A DNA stretch of 64,000 nt. Origin: Roseibacillus sp. (GTDB lineage Bacteria; Verrucomicrobiota; Verrucomicrobiia; Verrucomicrobiales; Akkermansiaceae). The stretch lies in NCBI GenBank assembly GCA_051251855.1, contig JBPOGI010000002.1, forward strand, positions 64,001 through 128,000. Direction: 5' to 3'. The notes under the pieces are model-generated. The model was not told the DNA's origin. It saw only the letters and a program-made list of their open reading frames with translations, and ran no database searches. The translations under genes and the position numbers were made by a program. How positions within the stretch are numbered: position 1 is the stretch's first letter; every line of letters begins with the position of its first letter. Shown in pieces: positions 20,348 to 29,039 of the stretch.

Positions 20348-20375
20348 CAGGGTTCGAATCCCTGCTGGTCCGCCA
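20348..20375 (+). other. att site: tRNA 3' fragment (T-arm + acceptor strand + GCCA), probably tRNA-Ser
   Basis: CAGGG-TTCGAAT-CCCTG-CTGGTCC-G-CCA with no matching 5' half upstream; G discriminator and implied GGA start suggest Ser. Confidence 0.8.
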
Positions 20376-20685
20376 GACCCCAATCCAGCTCCGCTGGGTT
20401 GGGGTCTGGCTTTTTCAGGAGGGCCGAGAAACCCACCCGAGCCTCCGGCGAGACGGGTTCGAACGCCGTCTTTTCTTTAGAAAAGAATCATTACAAAAAG
20501 AACTCCGGAGGAGGAGTTCTGCACATCGCGTGACCCGAGCGGAGCGAAGATAATCCCTGCTGGTCCGCCAGACCCCAATCCAGCTCTGCTGGGTTGGGGT
20601 CTGGCTTTTTCAGGCAGGGCCGAGAACACATCCGGTCCCTCGGCGAGACGGGTTCGAACGCTGACTTTTCCTTAGAAAAGAAACC
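20357..20685 (+). repeat. Tandem duplication (195-bp period) of tRNA 3' end + terminator + flank
   Basis: AATCCCTGCTGGTCCGCCAGACCCCAATCCAGCTC.GCTGGGTTGGGGTCTGGCTTTTTCAGG at 20357 and 20552; similarity continues to TTAGAAAAGAA. Confidence 0.92.
20372..20416 (+). terminator. Intrinsic terminator of the tRNA locus (second copy ~20567-20611)
   Basis: GCCAGACCCCAATCCAGC/GCTGGGTTGGGGTCTGGC stem plus T5. Confidence 0.8.
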
Positions 20686-20766
20686 ATTGCGTTCTGCTTA
20701 GAGGACTTCTTTGTAGAGGGCTGCCCCGTAAGGTTCCAAATGCCGGCGAGGGTATTGTCGTTGTTA

Positions 20767-22332
20767 TCACTCTCCGATGCAGATGACTTCGGTGAGGGTG
20801 CGGGTGTAGAGGTGGTGGTTGGCGTAGGTGAGAGAGCTGAGGGTCCAGGTTTTTCCGGTGGGGCCGAGGTCGTTGATGGCGATGAGGGCTTTTTCGGAGA
20901 ATTCGGGGGCTTGGGTGTCGATGACGTAGACGGTGCCGCTCATGAGGGGGAAGTAGAGATATTGGCCAACGAGGATGGGGCTGGCTGCAGAGACGTGACC
21001 CCAACCGCTGCCTTCCGACCGTTTGTCGCTGCTCAGGTTCATCCCTTGTGTGTTTTTGGGTTTGTTCGGAGGGGCTTTGGTGGAATCCCAAATTTCGGTC
21101 CGATTTCCGTCTGGGGTGACTGCGAGTTGGTGGGGGACTTCGAGATACTCTACTTTCTGGGAACCTAGGCTGACGCGGCCAATGGCGTTGTGTTCATGAG
21201 CGAGAAAGTAGTGCCAGTCTCCCACCACGATATTGGTGTGGTAAGTGATGAGTCGCGGCTTTTTGCCCGGAAGGTCGATGCCTTGGAGCAGTTTGCGCGA
21301 TTCAGAATCTGGGTCGTGGCTCCAGAGGTCGACTTTTTTTCGCAGGTTCTGGCGGGAAAGCTCGCGGCCGGTCTTGGTGTCCAAGATGAGATGATACTCT
21401 CCGGCGAAGGCATAGAAGTGTTTGGCATTCCAATGGTTGTTGACCATGGGGTTGAGCTTGGGAACTTCTGATGACCACAGGACGGTGCCTTCTTTTCCGG
21501 GAGCCAAGCTGGTGAGGCTGAAGCCAGAGGGGGTTTCGAGCGGATTGTGGGGGCCGCCGCGAGCGTGGAGCACGGCCCAGTCTCCGTTTTCCTGTTGAGC
21601 TATCATGGGGGTGTTGTGCACGACGGTACCTGCGGCTTCGATCCAAAGAGTTTCGCCGGTTGAGGCATCTAAGCTATGGAGATAGGTCCAGACAGATTTG
21701 GCCTCGACTTCCTTGGGGATGGCTTTGTGACGTTCGAGTTTCTGAGCGGCTTCTTTGTCGCGAGCTTCTACTACAAGAAGTTGGTTGTTGATGAGGATGG
21801 GTTCACACTGTCTGTTGGTGTGGCGTTTGCGAGGGGTGTATTCGCGGAGCCAGATTTGATTTCCCTTCATATCGTAGCAACCGATGGAGCCGCTCCGGTT
21901 GAAGAACCAGACGTGCTTGCCGTCGGTAATGGGAGCGAAGACGGTGGCGTCGCTAAAGATTCCAGCGACTCCGACGGGTACCGAACCGGGGAGGTTTACG
22001 GTCCAGAGGATGGCTCCGTCGGTGAGGTCGAGGCTATAGCCGACGATCTCTTTTGCTGTTCCGATGTCGTCGGCTGACTGAAGGGGCTTGTAGGTGGTGA
22101 GGAAGCCGCGGTCTTTCCAGATGGTGACTGAGCTTTGCCCGTGTTCTGGCAGGGGCGTTCGCCACTTGATGTTTTTGTTTTGAGTGCCACTCCATTGGGT
22201 CGGCGCTTTTCCTTCCGCTTTCCAATCCGCGTTGGGTCCAGCGGCTTGGGGCCAGGTGTCAGCGTATCCGTTGAACGCAAGGAGGACGCTGAGCGCTGAG
22301 GTGAGGATTATGGCGGTGGGGAAGGTGGGCAT
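20767..22332 (-). CDS. PQQ-binding-like beta-propeller protein (BamB-like), secreted
   Basis: Signal peptide, WPQAAGP, IKWRTPLP..GQSS, PITDGKHV, LYTRT. Confidence 0.82.
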   Translation of the reverse strand: MPTFPTAIILTSALSVLLAFNGYADTWPQAAGPNADWKAEGKAPTQWSGTQNKNIKWRTPLPEHGQSSVTIWKDRGFLTTYKPLQSADDIGTAKEIVGYSLDLTDGAILWTVNLPGSVPVGVAGIFSDATVFAPITDGKHVWFFNRSGSIGCYDMKGNQIWLREYTPRKRHTNRQCEPILINNQLLVVEARDKEAAQKLERHKAIPKEVEAKSVWTYLHSLDASTGETLWIEAAGTVVHNTPMIAQQENGDWAVLHARGGPHNPLETPSGFSLTSLAPGKEGTVLWSSEVPKLNPMVNNHWNAKHFYAFAGEYHLILDTKTGRELSRQNLRKKVDLWSHDPDSESRKLLQGIDLPGKKPRLITYHTNIVVGDWHYFLAHEHNAIGRVSLGSQKVEYLEVPHQLAVTPDGNRTEIWDSTKAPPNKPKNTQGMNLSSDKRSEGSGWGHVSAASPILVGQYLYFPLMSGTVYVIDTQAPEFSEKALIAINDLGPTGKTWTLSSLTYANHHLYTRTLTEVICIGE

Positions 22333-22605
22333 TTTTTTAAGGGCAAAGAAAAGAACCGAAATCCTGCGAGAGCCTGGTAAGGGCCGTGACGGGATGGGAT
22401 GAGTTGAGTTTGAATGAGAGTTTCTTTATGAGAAGGTTGAGTTTTACGTGTGCTGTCAGTGGGTTTATTTCAAAAGAGACGATATACCTACCTTCTGAAA
22501 AATTCGTTTGAGAGTCCGTATCAGAACAACGATGCTATTCGAACCTGATGTTTTACTTTGCCTGATCCGAGTGGAGCGAGGTTAAATCTTCACAGTTCGC
22601 CATTT

Positions 22606-22636
22606 AAAAAAAGCACCCTATGCGGGTGCTTTTTTG
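22606..22636. terminator. Bidirectional terminator-like hairpin
   Basis: AAAAAAAGCACCC-tatgc-GGGTGCTTTTTT. Confidence 0.75.
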
Positions 22637-22664
22637 TTTTCAAAGAGGGAGGAGTCGAGAAGAT

Positions 22665-23591
22665 TTAAGCCTTCAAGGGGATGCAGATGTCGACGATCCA
22701 CTTTTTCTCGGGATGCTCTTCGGCGTTGTTGTAGTAGACCTCGTAGCAGGGGCTTTCGCCGGGCTCGCGGCCGCTTTGGGTGAGCCAGACATAGGCGTCT
22801 TCCCAGGCTTTCTTGAATTCTTGGGCTGTCACCTCCGCGCGACAAACGGCATGAGGGCCACCTGGGAGGGTTTGTACGGCGACTTGTCCGGTTGGCTCCA
22901 TCTCCTTCGGGATCTGCACGCAAGCATCGGTGCGGCATTTGTCGGGAGGAGTGATTTCGGGGTTGTCCCAGTAAACTCCGAGAAGGGTGCCAGGGCCTAC
23001 CAAGCCTTTCGGGGCGGCCCATTGCATCAATTCGCCAAAGGCGGCTCCGACGACTTCGGGGCCGTAAGGTCCGACTTTTCTGACGAAGGCGACGTGGTGT
23101 TCGGGCATTTCTTTTATTTCTGCATTCATAGTCTTTAGTGTTTCACTGTTTGCTGACTCTTTGAGTTCAGTGAATGCATCATAGTTGAGATGAAGGGGGG
23201 ATGCGTTTCCCTGCTTGCTAGGTGTGTTTCCAATCTTGCTTTCTCGAAACTCGGTAGGGGATTGGCCGAACTGGATGCGAAAGGCTTTGGCAAAGTTCTG
23301 TGAACTCGAGAATCCAAAGTCGATGGCGATGGAGGTGATGTCAGTCTGGGAGTGGAAGATGAGGTGGTTGGCGGCGGCCTCTAGGCGGATGCGTCTCGTG
23401 AACTCTGCGACGGTCTCACCGACGACGGCTTTGAAGATTCGGTGAAAGTGATAGGTGGAGAATGAGGCTTCGCGAGCGACTTCTTCCAACGGGATGTTTT
23501 CTTGCACATTGCGGCTGATAAAGTTCATCGCCTTGCAAACTCGTCGGCGATAGTCCTCTGCGGTCTGGGACGAGGTCTGTGTTTGCTTCAT
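22665..23591 (-). CDS. AraC-family regulator with GyrI-like effector domain
   Basis: FSTYHFHRIFK, FGFSSSQNFAKAF, VYWDNPEITPPDKCRTDAC. Confidence 0.92.
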   Translation of the reverse strand: MKQTQTSSQTAEDYRRRVCKAMNFISRNVQENIPLEEVAREASFSTYHFHRIFKAVVGETVAEFTRRIRLEAAANHLIFHSQTDITSIAIDFGFSSSQNFAKAFRIQFGQSPTEFRESKIGNTPSKQGNASPLHLNYDAFTELKESANSETLKTMNAEIKEMPEHHVAFVRKVGPYGPEVVGAAFGELMQWAAPKGLVGPGTLLGVYWDNPEITPPDKCRTDACVQIPKEMEPTGQVAVQTLPGGPHAVCRAEVTAQEFKKAWEDAYVWLTQSGREPGESPCYEVYYNNAEEHPEKKWIVDICIPLKA

Positions 23592-23663
23592 AGGGATATC
23601 TTGAACCGATTCTTTGTCGTTAGGCGAACAAAGAATGACGGCCGAAGAGGTTTGGAAAGCGGT

Positions 23664-26600
23664 CTATTTCTTCTCTTCCTTGAGAGTCGAGATGTAGGCG
23701 ACGAGGTCGGCGATGGTATCGTCGGGGAGTTGGCCGAAGAGGGCGGGCATGAAGGAGCGTCCTCCGACGAAGGCGGCTTTTTTGATTTCGGCTTGGGGGA
23801 CGAAGACGCGTCCGCCGCCCATGAGCGCGATGGTGGTTCCGAGGGCTTCTTCTTTGTCTAAGAGTCCTTCCACGACGGAGCCGTCGGTTTTGGTGATGCG
23901 GTAGAGTCCGTAGCCTCCTTCGACGGCGGCGTCGGGGTCGACGATGGCGGTGAGGAGGTGTTCCAAGTCGCGGTGGCCGGATCCGTCGAGGGGAGGGGCG
24001 ATGTCTTGGCCTTCGGTGCCGACTTGGTGACAGGTGAGGCAGCTGGCGAAGGTGAGTTTTCCTTTGGCGGGGTCGCCGGGGTTGGCGGTGATTTTGGCCA
24101 TGAGGTCATGAATGCGAGCCTGCGCTTGTTTGCGTTGCTGGGCGACTTGCTGTCGTGCGGCGGTGATGATTTTTTTGGCCTGTGGGTTGTTAGGATCGGC
24201 TTGAATCATGCGCTCTGCGGAGGAGAGGTCGAAGTCGGTGGGGGTGAGTTCGCCGCTTGCTGCGAGGCGAGCGAGGAGTTGGGCTCCGACAGGAGATTGC
24301 GAGAATTGGCTGGTGAGCTGGCTCTTTTGGGTGGCGTCGTCGGTGGTGGCGAGGGCTTGGGCGAGGCGGAGGCTCTCGGCTTCGTTCACGGGGGCGAGAG
24401 CGAGGGCGGCGTCGATGCGGAGGTCGAGAGGGTTGGCTTCGTCAGTGGCTAGGGCTTGGAAGTTACTCGCGTTTTTCTCGGGATTGACGGCTTGGGCGCT
24501 GAGGAGGAGTCGGAGGTTGTCGGAATTGGACTTAATGCCAGAGACTTGTTCGGAGAGGCTGGCGATTCTGAATTTGCCAACTGCGCTGAGTCCGAGGGCT
24601 TGCGTTTCGGGGGACTTGAGAAGATGGGCCACGGTGGGGGTGAGCATCTTGAAGAGTTGAGGGGACTGGACGCGGGACTGATTGGCGAGCGAGAGGCTGA
24701 CGAGGTTTTGCGCTTTGGTGAGGTCTTGGAAGGTGGGCTGGAGAGCGGCATCGACTTCCTTGTCTCCGAGCATGGAGGTGATGGCGACGAAGGTTTCGGA
24801 GTCTAGGGTTTCTCCGGAGGCTTGCTCCCAGATGCGGAGGAAGGCGGCGTTCTTGTCCTTGGCATCGAGAGCTTGGATGGCCCAGAGGATATTGGCGGCG
24901 GGGTGATTGCTCGCCGAGGTGTCGAGGTAGCTTTTGAGCTCGGCGGGGAATTTTTCGAGAGCCATGCGGGCGAGGAAGCGTTCGAAGTTTCGTTCGTAGG
25001 AACCGCCCAAAGCGTTTCCTTCGAGGGCGGGCTTACAGGCTTCGATGAGGAGGGCGAGGACGGCTGGGTCGCTGGTCTTGAGGTCGCTGAGGGTGCGGAT
25101 GGTCTGTGAGCGCACCATGACGTTGGGGTCTTCGAGGTGTCCGGTGAGGCGGCTGGCGACTTCGGCAGGGGAGAGCTCGAAGGAGGCGAGAGAGCGGACC
25201 GCTTCGCGTCGCAGGTCGTCATTGGTGGAGGACAGAAGAGAATCTAACAATTGGGAGTCGAACTGGCGGAGTTCTTCCAAGGACCAAAGAGCGTGGATGC
25301 GAGTGACGGTGTCGACTTTCTCATCGGCGACCATTTTTATGAGGGCCGGGGCAAGTTCTTGCAGAGCGCGGTCACCGATTTGCTGCCAAGCGGCACGTTT
25401 TTCCCAGAGGCTGGGAGCTTGTAGATGGGTGAGAAGTTGTTCGGGGGTGGCTTGGGTGACGTCTGGGATAGCGCGGGGCAGTTGGCTTTCGTGACGAATA
25501 CGCCAGATGCGGCCATGGGTGCGGTCGCGGTCGGGATGGCCGGTGCTGACCTCGTTATGCGAAATGATTTTGTTGTAGAAGTCGGCGACATAGAGGCAAC
25601 CGTCGGGGCCGAACTCGAGGTTGACGGGGCGGAACCAGTCGTCTTCGGAGGTTAGGAAATCGGGGAGGTGTTCTGCCTCGACGGTGCCATCGGGATTGCG
25701 ATGAACGCGGACGGCGTTGATGGTGGAGGTGATGCCGTTGCCAAGGAGGGCGACATCTTTCCACTCGTCCACCGGGAAGCTGCCCGCAGTGTCGTCGGAG
25801 AACTCGAGACCAGAGATACCGGTGCCACCGACTCGGAATTTGTGAAGGTTGGGTAATAGAGGCTGGTAAGATCGCATGGGATGGAAGGCCGCACCGGTGA
25901 CGGCGGTGCCGTGCTCCCAAGGGATGATGGAGTAGGCGCGGTCGTTGGCCTCGGTGCCATACCACTCGCCATTGGCACGAAGTTGCAGACCCCACATGTT
26001 GCTGGGTCCGGAGGAAAGGACTTCGAGGTCTTGGTGGTCGAGGGGGAAGCGCACTTGGCAGGAGGCGTTGACCTCGGCTTGCTTGCCAGAGGCGACGGCG
26101 GTGACGGTGCCTTTGTTGAGGGCGCCTTGGGTAAAGTGAATGTAGCTGCCGGGACCGCGCACGAGGAGGTGGGACATGGTGTGGGTATCGATGAAGCCAA
26201 AGCCGGTGAGGACGGGCTCCATCTTGTCGGACTTGTCATCGCCGTCGGTGTCGCGCAGGAGGAAAAGCTCGGAACCGTGGCAAACATAGGCGCCGTCTTT
26301 GTAGGGGAGGATGCTCTGAGGAATGGAGAGTCCGTCTGCCCAGACGTGAAGGGGCTCGGTGGCGGGTTGGGTGGGGTCGTCGAGGATGAGGATCTTGTCT
26401 TCGCCTTTGGTCTTGAGCTGATAGAGGGCTTTGACGCGCTGGAAATCGGGATGTTCTTGTTGCGTTTTCTGGTCATCCATCAAACGGAGGATTTCGTTCC
26501 ACTTGATGCCGCTGATGGGATCGAGGGGATACATCTGAGCGGTTTGAGTCCAGAGGCGGCCTTGGTCGTCAAAACTGAGGTCGATGGGATTGATGACGCC

Positions 26601-28097
26601 GTGTTCTTCGGAGGCGACGAGCTCGATGACGAAGCCGGGAGGGACGGTGAATCCAGCGAGTTGTTCGGCAGCGGATTGCGCCTTGGTGCGCGCAGATTGA
26701 GTTTTCTTTCTAGGCCGCGCTTTCTTGGCAATTGCTTGAGCTGATGGTTTTTGGGGCTTGGCGGTGGCCTTTCGTTTTTTTGTTTCGTCGGGGAGAAGCT
26801 TTCCTTGCGTGGAAAAGGCGTCGAGAACGATGTGGCCCCAGCCAGTTTCTCTTTGGTCGACGAGGCGGAGAAAGACGGACTTGCCGACGAGCTCGGGGGC
26901 TTGCCAGCTTTGAGGAGCAAAGACCTCGGAGTTCTGGGCGGAGGCTTTTTTGACTTCCTTGCCATCGAGGGTGCAGAGAGCGAGGTAGGTGTTGTCGTGA
27001 CTGCCTCCTGAGAGGGCGAACTGAATGTCGGGGCCGGTGAGTTGGAAGACGGGAGACTCGAGGATGCCTGTTTGTCTGTCGTTGGGAGGCCCGTCGGCGC
27101 GGTCTTCTAGTGTTCCGAGGTAGTATTCGCCTTCCTTATGAAGGGGCTGCTGACTATTGCGGGTGAGCTTGTTGTTGGCGATGGGATGCGCGAACCAGCC
27201 TTCTGCGATATACCAACCTTGCAGGTCTCCGCTCTCGAAGTTAAAATTGATACGGCCCTCTCCTTTGGGAAGAGGGGGGAGTGAGTTGGAGGCGTTTTTA
27301 GGCTCTTTGGTTGTTCTAGGGTTCTTGGGGCGGGGTTTTCTTTTGGCGGGTGGGGCGAGCTTGAGAGCTTCCTTCAATCCGCCAAGAGATTCCCATGTGG
27401 GGGCACCGGGAGTGGCGGGGAGTTCTCGAATGGTGATGTCTTTGACTTGCACAAGAGCCACGCCGCCGGAGTGAACTTGGGGGGCGATGATGCCATCTAG
27501 GGCGATATTGGGGTTGGTTTCGGTGTAATCAGTGGCGAGAACGTCGTTAATCCACACCCGAATCCGTGGTCCCTCGGCGAGAATGCGGTAGTCGTTCCAG
27601 CCGTAAATATCGACCGCCTTGTCGAGAGCCGCGGCATCGACTTGAATGGCGATGGGGGTGCGGCGGCGGAATTCATCATAGATTTTTCCGAACCAATCTT
27701 TGCCGCAATCAACTTGGTAACCGGCGACATGATCCCCGCCAGGAACGCGAGTACTTCGAATTTGAATCCCGCTATTGATAAGGCCAGTTTTGGGGTCTCC
27801 GCTGCATTTGATGGTCAACTTGAGCTCGAAGTTATGGAAGCTCTTCTGAGTGCTGATGAAGGTGTTGCGGGGAATTTTATCGGTGGTCGATCCGCCGGTG
27901 ATTAGGCCGTCTTTGACTCGCCACATTTGGGGATCAAAGTCCCAGCCTGCGAGGGTTTTTCCGTCGAAAAGGGAAAGGGCCTCGTTGTCCTGCGCGGAGA
28001 CGGGACAGAGAGAAAAGAGAGCGGCGATGAGGAGCATCGCGCGACGAATTCGACTGGGGTAAGGCATGATAGTGATGGCAACGGTTGGCAGCCTCAC
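23664..28097 (-). CDS. PVC-type heme-binding CxxCH protein with DUF1080 and dehydrogenase-like propeller
   Basis: LFDGKTLAGW/NSGIQIRS (DUF1080), FRPVNLEFGPDGCLYVADFY, HEAT-like repeats, CLTCH; true start may be slightly downstream. Confidence 0.88.
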   Translation of the reverse strand: MRLPTVAITIMPYPSRIRRAMLLIAALFSLCPVSAQDNEALSLFDGKTLAGWDFDPQMWRVKDGLITGGSTTDKIPRNTFISTQKSFHNFELKLTIKCSGDPKTGLINSGIQIRSTRVPGGDHVAGYQVDCGKDWFGKIYDEFRRRTPIAIQVDAAALDKAVDIYGWNDYRILAEGPRIRVWINDVLATDYTETNPNIALDGIIAPQVHSGGVALVQVKDITIRELPATPGAPTWESLGGLKEALKLAPPAKRKPRPKNPRTTKEPKNASNSLPPLPKGEGRINFNFESGDLQGWYIAEGWFAHPIANNKLTRNSQQPLHKEGEYYLGTLEDRADGPPNDRQTGILESPVFQLTGPDIQFALSGGSHDNTYLALCTLDGKEVKKASAQNSEVFAPQSWQAPELVGKSVFLRLVDQRETGWGHIVLDAFSTQGKLLPDETKKRKATAKPQKPSAQAIAKKARPRKKTQSARTKAQSAAEQLAGFTVPPGFVIELVASEEHGVINPIDLSFDDQGRLWTQTAQMYPLDPISGIKWNEILRLMDDQKTQQEHPDFQRVKALYQLKTKGEDKILILDDPTQPATEPLHVWADGLSIPQSILPYKDGAYVCHGSELFLLRDTDGDDKSDKMEPVLTGFGFIDTHTMSHLLVRGPGSYIHFTQGALNKGTVTAVASGKQAEVNASCQVRFPLDHQDLEVLSSGPSNMWGLQLRANGEWYGTEANDRAYSIIPWEHGTAVTGAAFHPMRSYQPLLPNLHKFRVGGTGISGLEFSDDTAGSFPVDEWKDVALLGNGITSTINAVRVHRNPDGTVEAEHLPDFLTSEDDWFRPVNLEFGPDGCLYVADFYNKIISHNEVSTGHPDRDRTHGRIWRIRHESQLPRAIPDVTQATPEQLLTHLQAPSLWEKRAAWQQIGDRALQELAPALIKMVADEKVDTVTRIHALWSLEELRQFDSQLLDSLLSSTNDDLRREAVRSLASFELSPAEVASRLTGHLEDPNVMVRSQTIRTLSDLKTSDPAVLALLIEACKPALEGNALGGSYERNFERFLARMALEKFPAELKSYLDTSASNHPAANILWAIQALDAKDKNAAFLRIWEQASGETLDSETFVAITSMLGDKEVDAALQPTFQDLTKAQNLVSLSLANQSRVQSPQLFKMLTPTVAHLLKSPETQALGLSAVGKFRIASLSEQVSGIKSNSDNLRLLLSAQAVNPEKNASNFQALATDEANPLDLRIDAALALAPVNEAESLRLAQALATTDDATQKSQLTSQFSQSPVGAQLLARLAASGELTPTDFDLSSAERMIQADPNNPQAKKIITAARQQVAQQRKQAQARIHDLMAKITANPGDPAKGKLTFASCLTCHQVGTEGQDIAPPLDGSGHRDLEHLLTAIVDPDAAVEGGYGLYRITKTDGSVVEGLLDKEEALGTTIALMGGGRVFVPQAEIKKAAFVGGRSFMPALFGQLPDDTIADLVAYISTLKEEKK

Positions 28098-28254
28098 TTT
28101 CTATCGTGTTATCCTATTTGAGTCCATGCCGTTGAAGCTCTCTGAAATATCGAAAACCCACATTTAGGTGGAAAAACCCCTTCGTCTCGGGGTCAGCAGT
28201 CGTTGAATCGGCAGGGCCGCCACGACCGATTGAGTGACTATTTCTTGCGAATTG

Positions 28255-28992
28255 TTAGGTGCGGCGGCGGCTGGAGAGGGAGAGGCCTGCGAGGAGCAAG
28301 AGGGCCAGGGAGCTGGGTTCGGGGATGGCCCCAACGGCAATGGGGTCAGCGGAGAAGGCCCAGTCATGGATGATGCCATCGCTGCCGTCGTCGAAGAGGG
28401 TGACGCCGATCCATCCGTATTGAGGGGTGCCAGTGGGGTCCATTACGAAGGCGAGGTAGCCTTTAGTGCCGCTTTCGAATTGGTCGCCAGCTGTGCCCAT
28501 GTGAGTGGGCGTCTGGTTGCCGTCGAGTCCTCCGCCCGTTGTGGTTCCCGAGCCACCGAAGGAGGGAGTGGAAAGGGGGCTGGAGCTGCCTGATGCGGGC
28601 ACGGGATCGATGGGCGAGCCGTCAATGATGGAACCAAGGCCCACGTTGTGAAGAGCGGACAGCTTTTCGCTGGCATCCTCGCGGTAGGGCTGGAACTCGT
28701 CGCTGTGGGCAACGAAGGCACCACCGAAGAAGAAGTTCAAGTCCCAGTCCGTGGGTTCACTGTAGCTGATGGTATAGGAACCCTCCGTGGTGGTTCCCGG
28801 GTCCACAGTTCCGGTGGGGGTGCTGCCACTTGTAGAGCCGGTATCGAGGTCGAGGTAGACCCCTCCGAAAGAGAAGGGAATAGCGATGTCGACAGGGTCA
28901 ATATAGGTGACAGCTCCATGGCTCGCTCCGACTCCCGCAAGGCCCAAGCCAAGAGGGAGTAGAGTGCGCATGAAGGTGGGTTTTTGTTTCAT
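28255..28992 (-). CDS. PEP-CTERM sorting-domain protein
   Basis: Signal peptide; IPEPSSLALLLLAGLSLSSRRR. Confidence 0.92.
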   Translation of the reverse strand: MKQKPTFMRTLLPLGLGLAGVGASHGAVTYIDPVDIAIPFSFGGVYLDLDTGSTSGSTPTGTVDPGTTTEGSYTISYSEPTDWDLNFFFGGAFVAHSDEFQPYREDASEKLSALHNVGLGSIIDGSPIDPVPASGSSSPLSTPSFGGSGTTTGGGLDGNQTPTHMGTAGDQFESGTKGYLAFVMDPTGTPQYGWIGVTLFDDGSDGIIHDWAFSADPIAVGAIPEPSSLALLLLAGLSLSSRRRT

Positions 28993-29039
28993 CAGTTTGT
29001 GCGTTCGTTGTTAGAGGTAATGGTGCAGTGGGCTCATCC

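Noticed and set aside
20285..20375. Complete tRNA gene
   Set aside because: Only the T-arm and 3' acceptor strand are present; the upstream sequence gives no matching acceptor 5' strand or D/anticodon arms
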